Shown: positions 54,501 to 64,000 of the stretch, one piece after another | Layout: each line of letters begins with the position of its first letter | How positions within the stretch are numbered: the first letter of the stretch is position 1 | NCBI GenBank assembly: GCA_037379345.1 | Contig: CM074516.1 | Span: 37,423,626-37,487,625 of the forward strand | DNA length: 64,000 nt | Origin: Perna viridis | Taxonomy: Eukaryota | Direction: 5' to 3' | Program-made: the position numbers and the translations under genes | Notes under the pieces: generated by a model | Told to the model about the DNA's origin: nothing | Database searches by the model: none | The model's input: only the letters and a program-made list of their open reading frames with translations

Positions 54501-57500
54501 TTTAACCAAGGAGCCAGATGGTCTCCTTAAAATTTTCAATAAAATTTTCTCATACAATATTCTCAAACATTAATAGAAAACTTATCTTATTATTTGTGGA
54601 AAAAAAACCACACAGATAACAATTACTAATCCCATAGAAAATAGCCGTAATACTAAAATAACTTGAATTATCTCCCTTTAACTGGCAATTTGAGACATTA
54701 CCACATATCCAAGTTAGTGGTAATTAAAAACTCCTTTCATCTTAATAGGTTGAACACATGTTTTCACTTGCATAAAAATCTGTAGCTGTTTGTGTATATA
54801 AAACAAATGATTTACAAACTATAAGTATAAAGCTAATAAAATCATGATTCATGTTTTGTAAAAGCTATTATCTTGAGAAAAAAAAGCCACTCTAATAGAA
54901 AAAAAAATATTCAAGAAATACAAATATTAAAAAGCAATTGTTTTAATTTAGTAGAGAAAACTTAACAAATACAAAAACTGAAAATACATATCTCTTACTT
55001 AAAGAAAGACTACATGTACAATTCTTGTTTCATATCAAGAGCATTCAAATTTATAGTTCATGTACTAAACAATATAGTTAATAACATATTTTACCTTCTG
55101 AATTAAGATGTCATTTGACGTTCGATATGAATGAACAAAAAACATAATATTCTTATGACTGAAAGGGCTGGATTCAAATCAAAACAAAAGTACAGACAGA
55201 AGGACAGAGAATGGTAAAACACTCTTCAAAGTTTAGGATGTAATTAAACACTGTGAAAGTACATACATTCATGGATACCAATTTGCCTTGGTTAAGGAAG
55301 AAACACAGGTTCATGTATTCTTGAATTCATGTCTTTGAGGTTTTCAGTATACAAATCTGTGGAAATCTTTCTTTTGGGAGCCAAATTTTGTTGATTAGCC
55401 TTCCCATAAAAACCCCAAAAATATGTAAACCCCAAAAATAGATACCCAACAAACAATAGTACTTTCATAGTAAACAAACAAGCAAAAACAAACCTTGCAA
55501 CTTCGACCAATGACCTTAAAATCAATATTGTTCAAGTTTTATCAAGAAATAAATTTTGTAATTATAGAAGAAAGAATATAGAGAGTAGAATGTTAATAAG
55601 GATGGCCACCACAGGAGCAGTAGTATTACTACATGTACATAGTAATCCCATAGCCACTTCATTATAGAAAGAATAATTTAAGCAAGATAACGGTAAGAAA
55701 ACCTAAGCACGAAGTATTTTTGCAATAAAGACTCCCCCAAAAAGAGAGAAAACAAGATATCTGGAAAACAAAACAAACAAACAAAACAAAAAACACAGTA
55801 GGAACAATTCAATTCAAATTGACATCAGTGAACTAACCTCATCACATGCTGGACATCGTGGACGAATTTTTTCTGCATAATGCCTCTCACACAGCAGTTG
55901 TTTTCCATGGCAACCATAGACTAAGTCTACCAGCAGTTCCTCACAGTCTGTGCATACAAAACATGCAGGGTGCCAGCAGACATCTTTGCCAATCTTACGA
56001 GCAAATACTACAAGATCTCCATCATCAATTTCACCATGGCAATGATAACAGGTCTTAAAATACAAATAAAAAAGATGATCCAAGAAAGTGTTCATTGCAA
56101 TTGTTACTAAAGAAACAAATATAAAGCAGAACATGTATTATCTGACCCCTTACAAATCTACTGTAAACATAAATTGCAAATCTGAAATTATTGGAAGCAT
56201 AATTTATTGTAATTTTGTCATTTTTGGCAAAAGTTCAATTTGAGTTATCGCAATATTGAGAAAAATTTAGAATATCTAAAGATGAAATTTCAATAACATA
56301 AGTTTAAACTATTGCAATATCAATCCATTCACATTCTTGACAATAAATAAAATAATCAAGATGTCCTGTCTCATTAACAAGAGGCTCCCTGAATTGCTCT
56401 TCTGGTTAAAGTTTGTCTTTCAAGGGTAATAAATTTAACAAGATGTCCAACAATTTTGACTCAACAAGACTTTGGTAGGACTTATCATAAGGATCATTTC
56501 AACAATTGAAAGTTTCTTTCTATCTATTATAGGTTTCAAGATATTGGCTGAAAGGGCAATAACTCCAACATGGCTTAACGGATTAAAACCAAAACTTGAC
56601 CAGAGATAGATCTCATCATGCTGAACACTTTTACCCATGTCAAAATTAGCTAAACTTAACGGTTTTGGAGATATATGTGAAAAACTACTGTCTGACCACT
56701 ATGTTCTATTTTTAGTAACGGCAGCCATGTTTTTCAATGAATCAAAAATCCCCACACCAGTTCTATGCAGGATACCCCAAGGAACATTTATACCAAGTTT
56801 GGTTCTAATCAGTCAAGTAGTTCCAGAGGAGAAGAGTTTTGTACAATTGTTAACGACGACTACGGATGAAAACGATGGACGACAACGACGACGACAGATG
56901 CCAAGTGAGCTAAAAATTGTTTTCCAGGTCAACGGTATGTGGGATCAAATAGGTTCTGTTAACTATAGCCAGGTTTTAAAAAGAACTGTGGTCTGGTAAC
57001 TCTATTAATAGTTAACTTGATATTTGATGCATGATAATTTTAAAGGTTTCTTCTGAATGAAAATGTAAAGTGCATGTTCAGATTAAAATCTTAACATGTT
57101 GTTAAAAAAAAAATGTTAGGATGAAACAGTCAATTGGAGATTTTTTAATGTTTTTTAATCTTTTTGAAACTTGGTAAAGACACGTTTGAACTACTGGATG
57201 TATACCTTCAGGAAGTGGCCAATATCTACTGTGTATAGATAAATTGACAACTACATGAAATTTATTGTGTTGCTAAAAGGGAGACAATCATTGATTTTTT
57301 TTCCATTTTATTACCGTTTCTTGATCAGATTCCTGTACATATCCTATATCTAATGCTATACTGTCTCGAAGTTCCCGGAAAATATTGTATTCCTTTTTTT
57401 CTAGGTCAGAATTGATCATCCTACAGTGTTCATGAGCTAAGTCTTGTTTTGGTAACTGTCGTATTAATTGTAAATCTCTGTAGCGTTCTCCAGCAGTGCC

Positions 57501-60500
57501 AATTCTTGGAACTTTGTGGTTTGGAAGTTGGTCCATGTAGTCTTCTACCTAAGAACATATTTAAGTACATTCAATTCACTACTACTTGATAATTGTTTGC
57601 TGAAGTAAAAATACATGTAAGAATCAGGCAGGTGGTGATTCCAATAAATTTGTTTGTAGAAATTTCTATTGTTGAAATTCAGTCAAGGTACCTAAAACAC
57701 TGGTAGGTAACGAAATAGAGGGACAATTTTGCAGAGCATTTCAAACAATTTGGATCTGTGCTATAAAAAAAATAATGTGTCCTTATGAAAACACTAATTT
57801 GTTTTGCTTGCAGTTTTTTGTTGACTGAATAAAATGTGGGTTAATGTGGAATGCTTGAGGATTTAACTCGTGTGCGGAACAAGTTTCGCACACAAGTTAA
57901 ATCTAGGGTTCTTTGGCACTCGTGATAATATTTTGGTTATTCACTCTTTCCAATTAATTATTCTATTAATATTTATGTTCTGGCTAAACTACAACAAAAA
58001 GGTGCAGTTAAAAATATTACTAGTGCAAAAAAAAACCCACCAACTTATATAAAGACAGCTTTGTTTAATGAAGTCAAACAAGTATCAAAAATACTTAAAT
58101 CCCTCAAAGTATTTTAGGGTTATAATATATGTGAAAATAAATATGTCTTTACTATATCTTTAGCCTACATTGACAGGAGCATATTTATTAGGAATCTGAA
58201 GTACAATAGTCTTCCTCAACCAAAGGTCATTGTTTAGGAATCTGAAGTACGATAGTCTTCCTCAACCAAAGGTCATTGTTTAGGAATCTGAAGTACGATA
58301 GTCTTCCTCAACCAAAGGTCATTGTTTAGGAATCTGAAGTACAATAGTCTTCCTCAACCAAAGGTCATTTATTAGGAATCTGAAGTACAATAGTCTTCCT
58401 CAACCAAAGGTCATTGTTCAAGTTGTTTTACATTTTTCTTATTACAATATCATGTCATGTTGAAACTTAGCAGACGTCATAACTGTAACACATGCATCAC
58501 AACTATTATATAACAGAGTAAAGCAATAACCTCCAGTAAAGGGAGGAATTCAGGCTGATCTAAAATCATCCCTATTGCTAAAGTTTTATATATTGTATCT
58601 CATATAATTGAATTAATGAACATTGATTTTGAACTATATTAATTACTGTGGTATCTACATCTGAGCATAGTTGATAAGAAAAGAATTCAGAAAAACCTTT
58701 TGAAAGAAACACTGTTACTATAATTACATTAAGGCTTTCATTGAAGTCCCCAAAAGGGGGTTTGCTCATTTTTCTTTCAAAGGTATAAGTGTTTTTTATT
58801 GTTTGTAATTAGATATTCCTTGGCAGACAAGTTACGCACTTCAGAACATTGCATTTCTCAAGTGAATACCAAGTGATATAATATGTACTAGACCAATACA
58901 CTTCATTATGTTATAATGTGCTAGCTAACAGAACAAACCAGGATGAGACATGTACCCTGCCCCTATAGCCAATCTGTTGTCAGACTAGGATGAGACATGT
59001 ACTCTGCCCCTATAGCCAATCTGTTGTCAGACCAGGATGAGACATGTACTCTGCCCCTATAGCCAATCTGTTGTCAGACTAGGATGAGACATGTACTCTG
59101 CCCCTATAGCCAATCTGTTGTCAGACTAGGATGAGACATGTACTCTGCCCCTATAGCCAATCTGTTGTCAGACTAGGATAAGACATGTACCCTGCCCCTA
59201 TAGCCAGTCTGTTGTCAGACTAGGATGAGACATGTACTCTGCCCCTACTATAGCCAGTCTGTTGTCAGACTAGGATGAGATATGTACTCTGCCCCTATAG
59301 CCAGTCTGTTGTCAGAATAGGATGAGACATGTACCCTGCCCATATATCCAGACAGTTGTCAGACTAGGATGAGACTTGTACCCTGCCCCTATAGCCAGTC
59401 TGTTGTCAGACTAGGATGAGACATGTACCCTGCCCCTATAGCCAGTCTGTTGTCAGACTAGGATGAGACATGTACCCTGCCCCTACCATCGCCAGTCTGT
59501 TGTCAGACTAGGATGAGATGTGTACCCTGCCCCTATAGCCAGTCTGTTGTCAGACTAGGATGAGACATGTACCCTGCCCCTACCATCGCCAGTCTGTTGT
59601 CAGACTAGGATGAGATGTGTACCCTGCCCCTATAGCCAGTCTGTTGTCAGACTAGGATGAGACATGTACCCTGCCCCTATAGCCAGTCTGTTGTCAGATT
59701 AGGATGAGACATGTACCCTGCTCTATAGCCAGCCTGTCGTCAGACTAAGATGAGACATGTACCCAGCCCTTACTATAGGTCTCACTAACCACTTCTAACA
59801 TTTTCATTACTTCACATGTAAACAATATTCATACACTTTTGTAGTAAATTACATATATGGTTTAAAGTACACATTCTCAGCTTTATTTTGACTACTTTTA
59901 ATCAGTATACACACAAATAATACACTTACAATGCATATGTCTAGGTTCAGTGTGTTTTTGGTACTACATTGGGGGATGGCCATTTGACCTCGGAAGTGGT
60001 TAGTGAGACCTTAGCCAGTCTGTTGTCAGACAAGGATGAGACATGTAGACATGTAACCTGCCCCTATAGCCAGTCTGTTGTCAGACTAGGATGAGACATG
60101 TACCCTGCCCTATAGCCAGCCTGTTGTCAGACTAGTATGAGACATGTAGACATGTACCCTGCCCCTATAGCCAATGTGTTGTCAGACTAGGATGAGACAT
60201 GTACCCCGCCCCTATAGCCAATCTGTTGTCAGACTAGGATGAGACATGTATCCTGCCCCTACTATAGCCAATCTGTTGTCAGACTAGGATGAGACATGTA
60301 CCCTGCCCCTACCATCGCCAGCCTGTTGTCAGACTAGGATGAGATGTGTACCCTGCCCCTATAGCCAGTCTGTTGTCAGACTAGGATGAGACATGTACCC
60401 TGCCCCTACTATAGCCAATCTGTTGTCAGACTAGGATGAGACATGTACCCTGCCCCTACCATCGCCAGTCTGTTGTCAGACTAGGATGAGACATGTACCC

Positions 60501-63278
60501 TGCCCCTATAGCCAGTCTGTTGTCTGACTAAGATGAGACATGTACCCTGCCCCTATAGCCGTCTGTTGTCAGCCTAGAATGAGACATGTACCCTGCCCTA
60601 TACCCAGCCTGTTATCTACAGGGGGAAAGGCATATATACATAACCTTAATACCTACCTGTTCCATTGCAATACCTAAGGTATACCCATGTATACCCTTAA
60701 TACAAGTTCCCATATAAGACCTAAGGATTACCCATGTATATGTATACCCTTATTTCTGTTCCCATGTAAGACTCAAGGATTACCCATGTACACTTTTATT
60801 TCTGTTCCCATGTAAGACTTAAGGATTACCCATGTACACCCTTATTTCTGTTCCCATATAAGACTTAAAGATTACCCATGTACACCCTTATTTCTGTTCC
60901 CATATAAGACAAAGGATTACCCATGTACACTTTTATTTCTGTTCCCATGTAAGACCTAAGGATTACCCATGTATATGTACACTCTTAATTCTGTTCCCAT
61001 GTAAGACCTAAGGATTACTCTTGTATATGCATACCTCTATTTCTGTTCCCATGTAAGACTTAAGGATTACTCATGTACACTCCTATTTCTGTTCCCATGT
61101 AAGTCTTAAGGATCACCCATGTACACTCTTATTTCTGTTCCCATGTAAGACTTAAGGATCACCCATGTACATCCTTATTTCAGTTCCCATGTAAGACCTA
61201 AGGATTACCCATGTACACTTTTATTTCTGTTCCCATGTAGGACTTAAGGATCACCCATGTGCACTCTTATTTCTGTTCCTATGTAAGACCTAAGGATTAC
61301 CCATGTATATGTACACTCTTATTTCTGTTCCCATGTAAGACCTAAGGATTACCCATGAATATGTATACCCTTATTTGTGTTCCCGTGTAAGATTTAAGGA
61401 TTACCCTTGTACACTTTTATTTCTGTTCCCATGTAAGACTTAAGGATCACTCATGTACACCCTTATTTCTGTTCCCATATAAGACTTAAGGATTACCCAT
61501 GTACACCCTTATTTCTGTTCCAATATAAGACTTAAGGATTACCCATGTACACCCGTATTTCTGTTTCCATGTAAGACTTAAGGATTACCCATGTACACCC
61601 TTATTTCTGTTTCCATGTAAGACTTAAGGATTACCCATGTACACTTTTATTTCTGTTCCCATGTGAGACTTAAGGATCACCCATGTACACTCTTATTTCT
61701 GTTCCCATGTAAGACCTAAGGATTACCCATGTATATAAACACTCTTAATTCTGTTCCCATGTAAGACCTAAGGATTACTCTTGTATATGCATATCTCTAT
61801 TTCTGTTCCCATGTAAGACTTAAGGATCACCCATGTGCACTCTTATTTCTGTTCCTATGTAATACCTAAGAATTACCCATGTATATGTACACTCTTATTT
61901 CTGTTCCCATGTAAGACCTAAGGATTACCCATGTATATGTATACCCTTATTTGTGTTCCCGTGTAAGATTTAAGAATTACCCATGTACACTCTTATTTCT
62001 TTTCCCATGTAAGACTTAAGGATTACTCATGTACATTCTTATTTCTGTTCCCATGTAAGACTTAAGGATTACCCATGTGCACTCTTATTTCTGTTCCCAT
62101 GTAAGACTTAAGGATCACCCATGTACATCCTTATTTCTGTTCCCATGTGAGACTTAAGGATCACCCATGTACACTTTTATTTCTGTTCCCATGTAAGACT
62201 TAAGGATCACCCATGTACACTCTTATTTCTGTTCCCATGTAAGACCTAAGGATTACCCATGTATATGTACACTCTTAATTCTGTTCCCATGTAAGACCTA
62301 AGGATTACTCTTGTATATGCATACCTCTATTTCTGTTCCCATGTAAGACTTAAGGATCACCTATGTACACTCTTATTTATGTTCCCATGTAAGACGTAAG
62401 GGAAGAATGTAAAGCATAATATCGGATCTTGAATAAAATAAAACTATGAAGACAAAAAAACAAAAATTATTATCCATTCTTAAAACCAAGGGTAGCCTTA
62501 TTTCTAGTTCCACAGTAAAGGATACCAAATTTTAGTTCATTACCTGTTCTAAGGTAAGACCAGGGGGTACCCATGTGTACCCTAATGATACTGTTTCCTC
62601 TTTTGTAGCACAATTAACAGGATCATCTAACCGTTTCCAACCAAGTCTGTCTCTAACATTTACAAAATTTAAGTTGTAGATGTCATGTAACTCCCGGGGA
62701 CATTTGCATATTTGACAAGTGTTTCTGGAAGAAAGAATAATATGGTTAAACACAAGGTGACCTACAAAAATCAAGATACATGTTTCAAAATGAAAACTTG
62801 CATTAATACACAACGTAGCTTGGTCAGCACTTTAAATAGTTGCAGTCCATGGAAAATGGCAAATACAAGTTTTATTTTCATACATATGAACAGAGTAGCA
62901 TAAAAACCATTGAATAGATAGATAATTGGAGTAGACCCTGCTTTATATGCTATTACACTCACACTAAGTATAATTAGTATGAACCCCCATCATGAGCTAC
63001 TTAGACTTACATACTAAATCAGTAATCTAACATGCTAGCTAAAAGGAATCAAAGCCTACAAGGAGACATGTATAATGATCCAATTTAAATGCATAATTCT
63101 GACTTTGTTATTAGAAGATACTCATGTAACATCCTGCATCACTTGCTACATAAAAATGACAGAAATGAATGTCCAAGATGATTTTGTTTTACCTCCATTT
63201 ATGTCTAGAGAAACCAGTGCACCTTTCTACACATGCTAAACATGGCTGACCCTCATCAACTTCTTCAACAATTATTTC
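24368..63278 (-). CDS. Lmpt: LIMPETin/Limpet-type protein: Cys-rich N-terminus + PET domain + six LIM domains (testin/prickle-like N-half, FHL-like C-half)
   Basis: Minus-strand exons 63278-63193, 62724-62544, 57548-57315, 56053-55838, 38371-38171, 33381-33207, 25949-25780, 25221-25035, 24516-24368 all have AG/GT ends and matching phases (532 codons + stop). PET motifs YTWVPPGL, KVP..G..GERYR..QL..QLP.QD; six CxxC...HxxCxxCxxC...CxxC/H units. Confidence 0.92.
25035..25221 (-). CDS. Lmpt: LIMPETin exon (LIM5/6): VINKGGVAYKNMPWHRECFTC...CCRCEQPISG
   Basis: ttacag| and |gtaaat. Confidence 0.93.
25309..25455. mobile_element. Short degraded MITE-like element
   Basis: cattgaaacctgtttaaa vs tttagacaggttttactg; related motifs near 40735-40890 and 51160. 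Confidence 0.4.
25780..25949 (-). CDS. Lmpt: LIMPETin exon (LIM4/5): GMKKFEYKGKQWHEDCFCC...CTKCNG
   Basis: ttgcag| and |gtaagt. Confidence 0.93.
31356..31458 (+). promoter_or_regulatory. Pair of extended metal-response elements (MTF-1 sites)
   Basis: TTTGCACACGACAC at 31356-31369 and 31445-31458 with unrelated flanks; further TGCAC cores near 31407, 31472, 31495. Confidence 0.65.
32441..32528 (+). promoter_or_regulatory. CRE + perfect MRE + TATA-like cluster
   Basis: TACGTCA 32441-32447, TGACGTCA 32450-32457, TTTGCACACGGCAC 32493-32506, TATAAATA 32521-32528. Confidence 0.65.
33207..33381 (-). CDS. Lmpt: LIMPETin exon (LIM3/4): DLSYKDRHWHEFCFKC...CDGCGEPFRG
   Basis: tttcag| and |gtaact; DLSYKDRHWHE is FHL-like. 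Confidence 0.93.
33665..34058. mobile_element. TTAA-flanked MITE (about 390 bp), copy 1
   Basis: TTAA|gtag...taagaatcatgtaaaat / attttgcatgattctta...ctac|TTAA; homologous along its length to 48075-48456 in reverse. Confidence 0.8.
38171..38371 (-). CDS. Lmpt: LIMPETin exon (LIM2/3): LIFSGEYTKAMDQNFHKDHLAC...CEECKKPIGPDYK
   Basis: ttccag| and |gtatat; 201 nt. Confidence 0.93.
38523..38651 (-). CDS. Lmpt: Alternative first coding exon candidate: MQLGSAYKRRRQYQRSILDLVFCEWDLHMLHLLKCLFHFDALS
   Basis: ATG at 38651, 43 codons, donor tcg|gtaaga phase 0, 151-nt intron to exon 38371. Confidence 0.45.
41945..42069 (-). promoter_or_regulatory. Candidate internal promoter: two MREs (TTTGCACAC) + TATAAA + short non-coding exon with donors
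   Basis: On -: TTTGCACAC at 42069-42061 and 42057-42049, TATAAA at 42028-42023, donors ccag|gtaaaa (41958) and aag|gtgagt (41945), no ATG in between. Confidence 0.55.
44469..44492 (-). CDS. Lmpt: Alternative first coding exon: MDEENSDQ
   Basis: taaaATGg context, cag|gtatta phase 0. Confidence 0.5.
44851..45742 (-). mobile_element. Helentron-associated (HINE/DINE-1-like) non-autonomous element
   Basis: aacaagaggc..gctcacctgg at one end, (gac/aac)n microsatellite and gctcac..gtgagc inverted repeat at the other, internal duplicated blocks; family assignment inferred from architecture. Confidence 0.7.
48075..48456. mobile_element. TTAA-flanked MITE, copy 2 (inverted relative to copy 1)
   Basis: Reverse complement shares aagcctacatatttttatttttgatatttt, gtaaacagaaattaacat and agaatctactggatttt with 33665-34058. 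Confidence 0.8.
50600..50880 (+). repeat. Interspersed-repeat fragment with 13-bp stem
   Basis: GC/CpG-richer island; atgagcaactcgg (50640-50652) / ccgagttgctcat (50729-50741) followed by a T/G-rich tail. Confidence 0.55.
51876..51959 (-). CDS. Lmpt: Alternative first coding exon (FHL-type isoform): MDGVKTTAIQSTTDMNIFKHLEEEKKPQ
   Basis: caaaATGg context, 28 codons, cag|gtaaat phase 0 compatible with exon 38371; TATATAAATAG at 52124-52114. Confidence 0.7.
55838..56053 (-). CDS. Lmpt: LIMPETin exon (LIM1): TCYHCHGEI...WHPACFVC...CERHYAEKIRPRCPACDE
   Basis: tttaag| and |gttagt; prickle/testin-like LIM1. Confidence 0.92.
56376..56916 (-). mobile_element. Second, shorter copy of the same Helentron-like family
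   Basis: Shares agatgtccaacaattttgactc, aagggcaataactccaacatggcttaac, ctatgcaggataccc, (gac)n and gtgagctaaaaa; explains ORFs 56435..56638 and 56637..56999. Confidence 0.75.
57315..57548 (-). CDS. Lmpt: LIMPETin exon (PET domain): VEDYMDQLPNHKVPRIGTAGERYR...QESDQET
   Basis: tcttag| and |gtaata; 234 nt. Confidence 0.92.
58189..58418. repeat. 46-bp tandem repeat, 5 copies
   Basis: Unit taggaatctgaagtac(a/g)atagtcttcctcaaccaaaggtcattgtt. Confidence 0.96.
58935..60615. repeat. 47/50-bp minisatellite, about 30 copies, split by a MITE
   Basis: Unit cagactaggatgagacatgtaccctgcccctatagccagtctgttgt. Confidence 0.96.
59778..60010. mobile_element. 233-bp MITE inserted in the minisatellite (PIF/Harbinger-like)
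   Basis: Perfect TIR ggtctcactaaccacttc / gaagtggttagtgagacc; flanks ATA and TTA; the repeat unit resumes in register. Confidence 0.85.
60651..62400 (-). repeat. 46/52-bp minisatellite, about 35 copies, homologous to the 3' end of the adjacent PET exon
   Basis: Unit (on -) gggtgtacatgggtaatccttaagtcttacatgggaacagaaataa vs exon gggtacacatgggtaccccctggtcttaccttagaacag|gt. Confidence 0.93.
62544..62724 (-). CDS. Lmpt: LIMPETin exon: NTCQICKCPRELHD...GYTWVPPGLTLEQ
   Basis: ttccag| and |gtaatg; Cys-rich region plus PET start. Confidence 0.92.
63193..63278 (-). CDS. Lmpt: LIMPETin exon: EIIVEEVDEGQPCLACVERCTGFSRHKWR
   Basis: tttcag| and |gtaaaa; resembles testin-family GxPCLxCxxxCxGFxxHxWR; phase 2 fits the next exon. 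Not in the ORF track. Confidence 0.88.
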
Positions 63279-63366
63279 CTGAAAGTATAATAAAACTTAT
63301 TTGTTATGATGCACACAAGATTCAGGAAGATTAAATTTTCTGAAAAAATGAACATCAAAGACCAAC

Positions 63367-63468
63367 ATTTTCTTCAATACTAGGAAACGTTCTTTTCATT
63401 ATCAAGAACTTCAAGTAGTTCTTTGGTTGGGGCTTAATGGTTGTCAGTTTCTGAATATATCTTGTCAT
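63367..63468 (-). CDS. Lmpt: Candidate first coding exon of long LIMPETin isoform: MTRYIQKLTTIKPQPKNYLKFLIMKRTFPSIEEN
   Basis: ATG at 63468, phase-0 but weak donor aat|gttggt, 88-nt intron, upstream acceptor ttttttccag at 63530; no homology support. Confidence 0.4.
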
Positions 63469-64000
63469 TACTCTCCCCTTTAACATGATGCCCTCTCTTT
63501 GAACAGAGTTATAATTGTATTTTAATTTCCTGGAAAAAAATGAAACATGCTTCTCCGTAAATTTTACTGCCTTTTATTGATAACCAAGAGTTGTTCATAT
63601 CAATCAATTAGTAAAGTTTACTAATTCTGCACTTGCCATCTCACAAATGAACCATCTTTTACAGTGATGGTTCTAACAGTTAATATCTACACCATAAAAT
63701 ATGCATAATAATGCAAATAATATACATTCTCCAGAAGAATCTAAAAATGTTTTTTTTTTAATTTTTTTTATCACATCTGATTATGCTATCTACCCTGGTA
63801 ATATACAATGTTAAAGTTATGTAAGAAGAGTCAAAATGTCAACAACAGTAAAATGTATGTCCACCCATACTGTTTATTTTTGTAAGTCTTTATTGAAGAT
63901 GTAGCTTGGGGAATCTTTTTATCAATGTAATACAAGGTTAAAGATTGGCACTAGTTAATGAAGAAGTAAATTATGCAACAATGAAAGTCAAATACTTCAA

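Noticed and set aside
45529-56715. Perfect MEF2 sites (CTATATTTAG at 45529, CTATTTTTAG at 56706) carried by Helentron-like copies
   Set aside because: Several such 10-mers are expected by chance in 64 kb at this AT content, and there is no independent support.
58189-58418. Common origin of this 46-bp array with the neighbouring arrays
   Set aside because: Only tagga and gtac are shared, which is too little to claim homology.
24368-63278. Two separate genes (prickle/testin-like and FHL2-like)
   Set aside because: Exon 55838 ends mid-LIM (CPACDE) in phase 0 and is completed by exon 38371 (LIFSGEYT...), giving the known PET + 6 LIM architecture.

Overview
AT-rich, intron-rich animal genomic DNA. 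Composition and repeat types suggest a bivalve such as Mytilus, but this is inference. Three protein-coding genes are present. (1) The 3' 14 coding exons of DEAH-box RNA helicase DHX33 on + (1..15707). (2) An intronless class-A GPCR on - (17691..18773). (3) A large PET + 6-LIM gene (LIMPETin/Limpet, related to prickle/testin and FHL) on - (24368..~63468), whose nine core exons join in frame. The introns carry many minisatellites, MITEs and Helentron-like elements. Three observations stand out. (a) Near-perfect MTF-1 metal-response elements lie inside the LIM gene: an MRE-MRE-TATA-short exon-donor module at ~42 kb and three 14-bp TTTGCACACGRCAC sites at 31.3-32.5 kb, suggesting metal-inducible internal promoters. 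(b) Several phase-0 alternative first exons would convert LIMPETin into FHL-type 4.5-LIM proteins. (c) Intronic minisatellites are repeatedly seeded from exon 3' ends and splice donors in both multi-exon genes. All calls are by eye, with no database searches.
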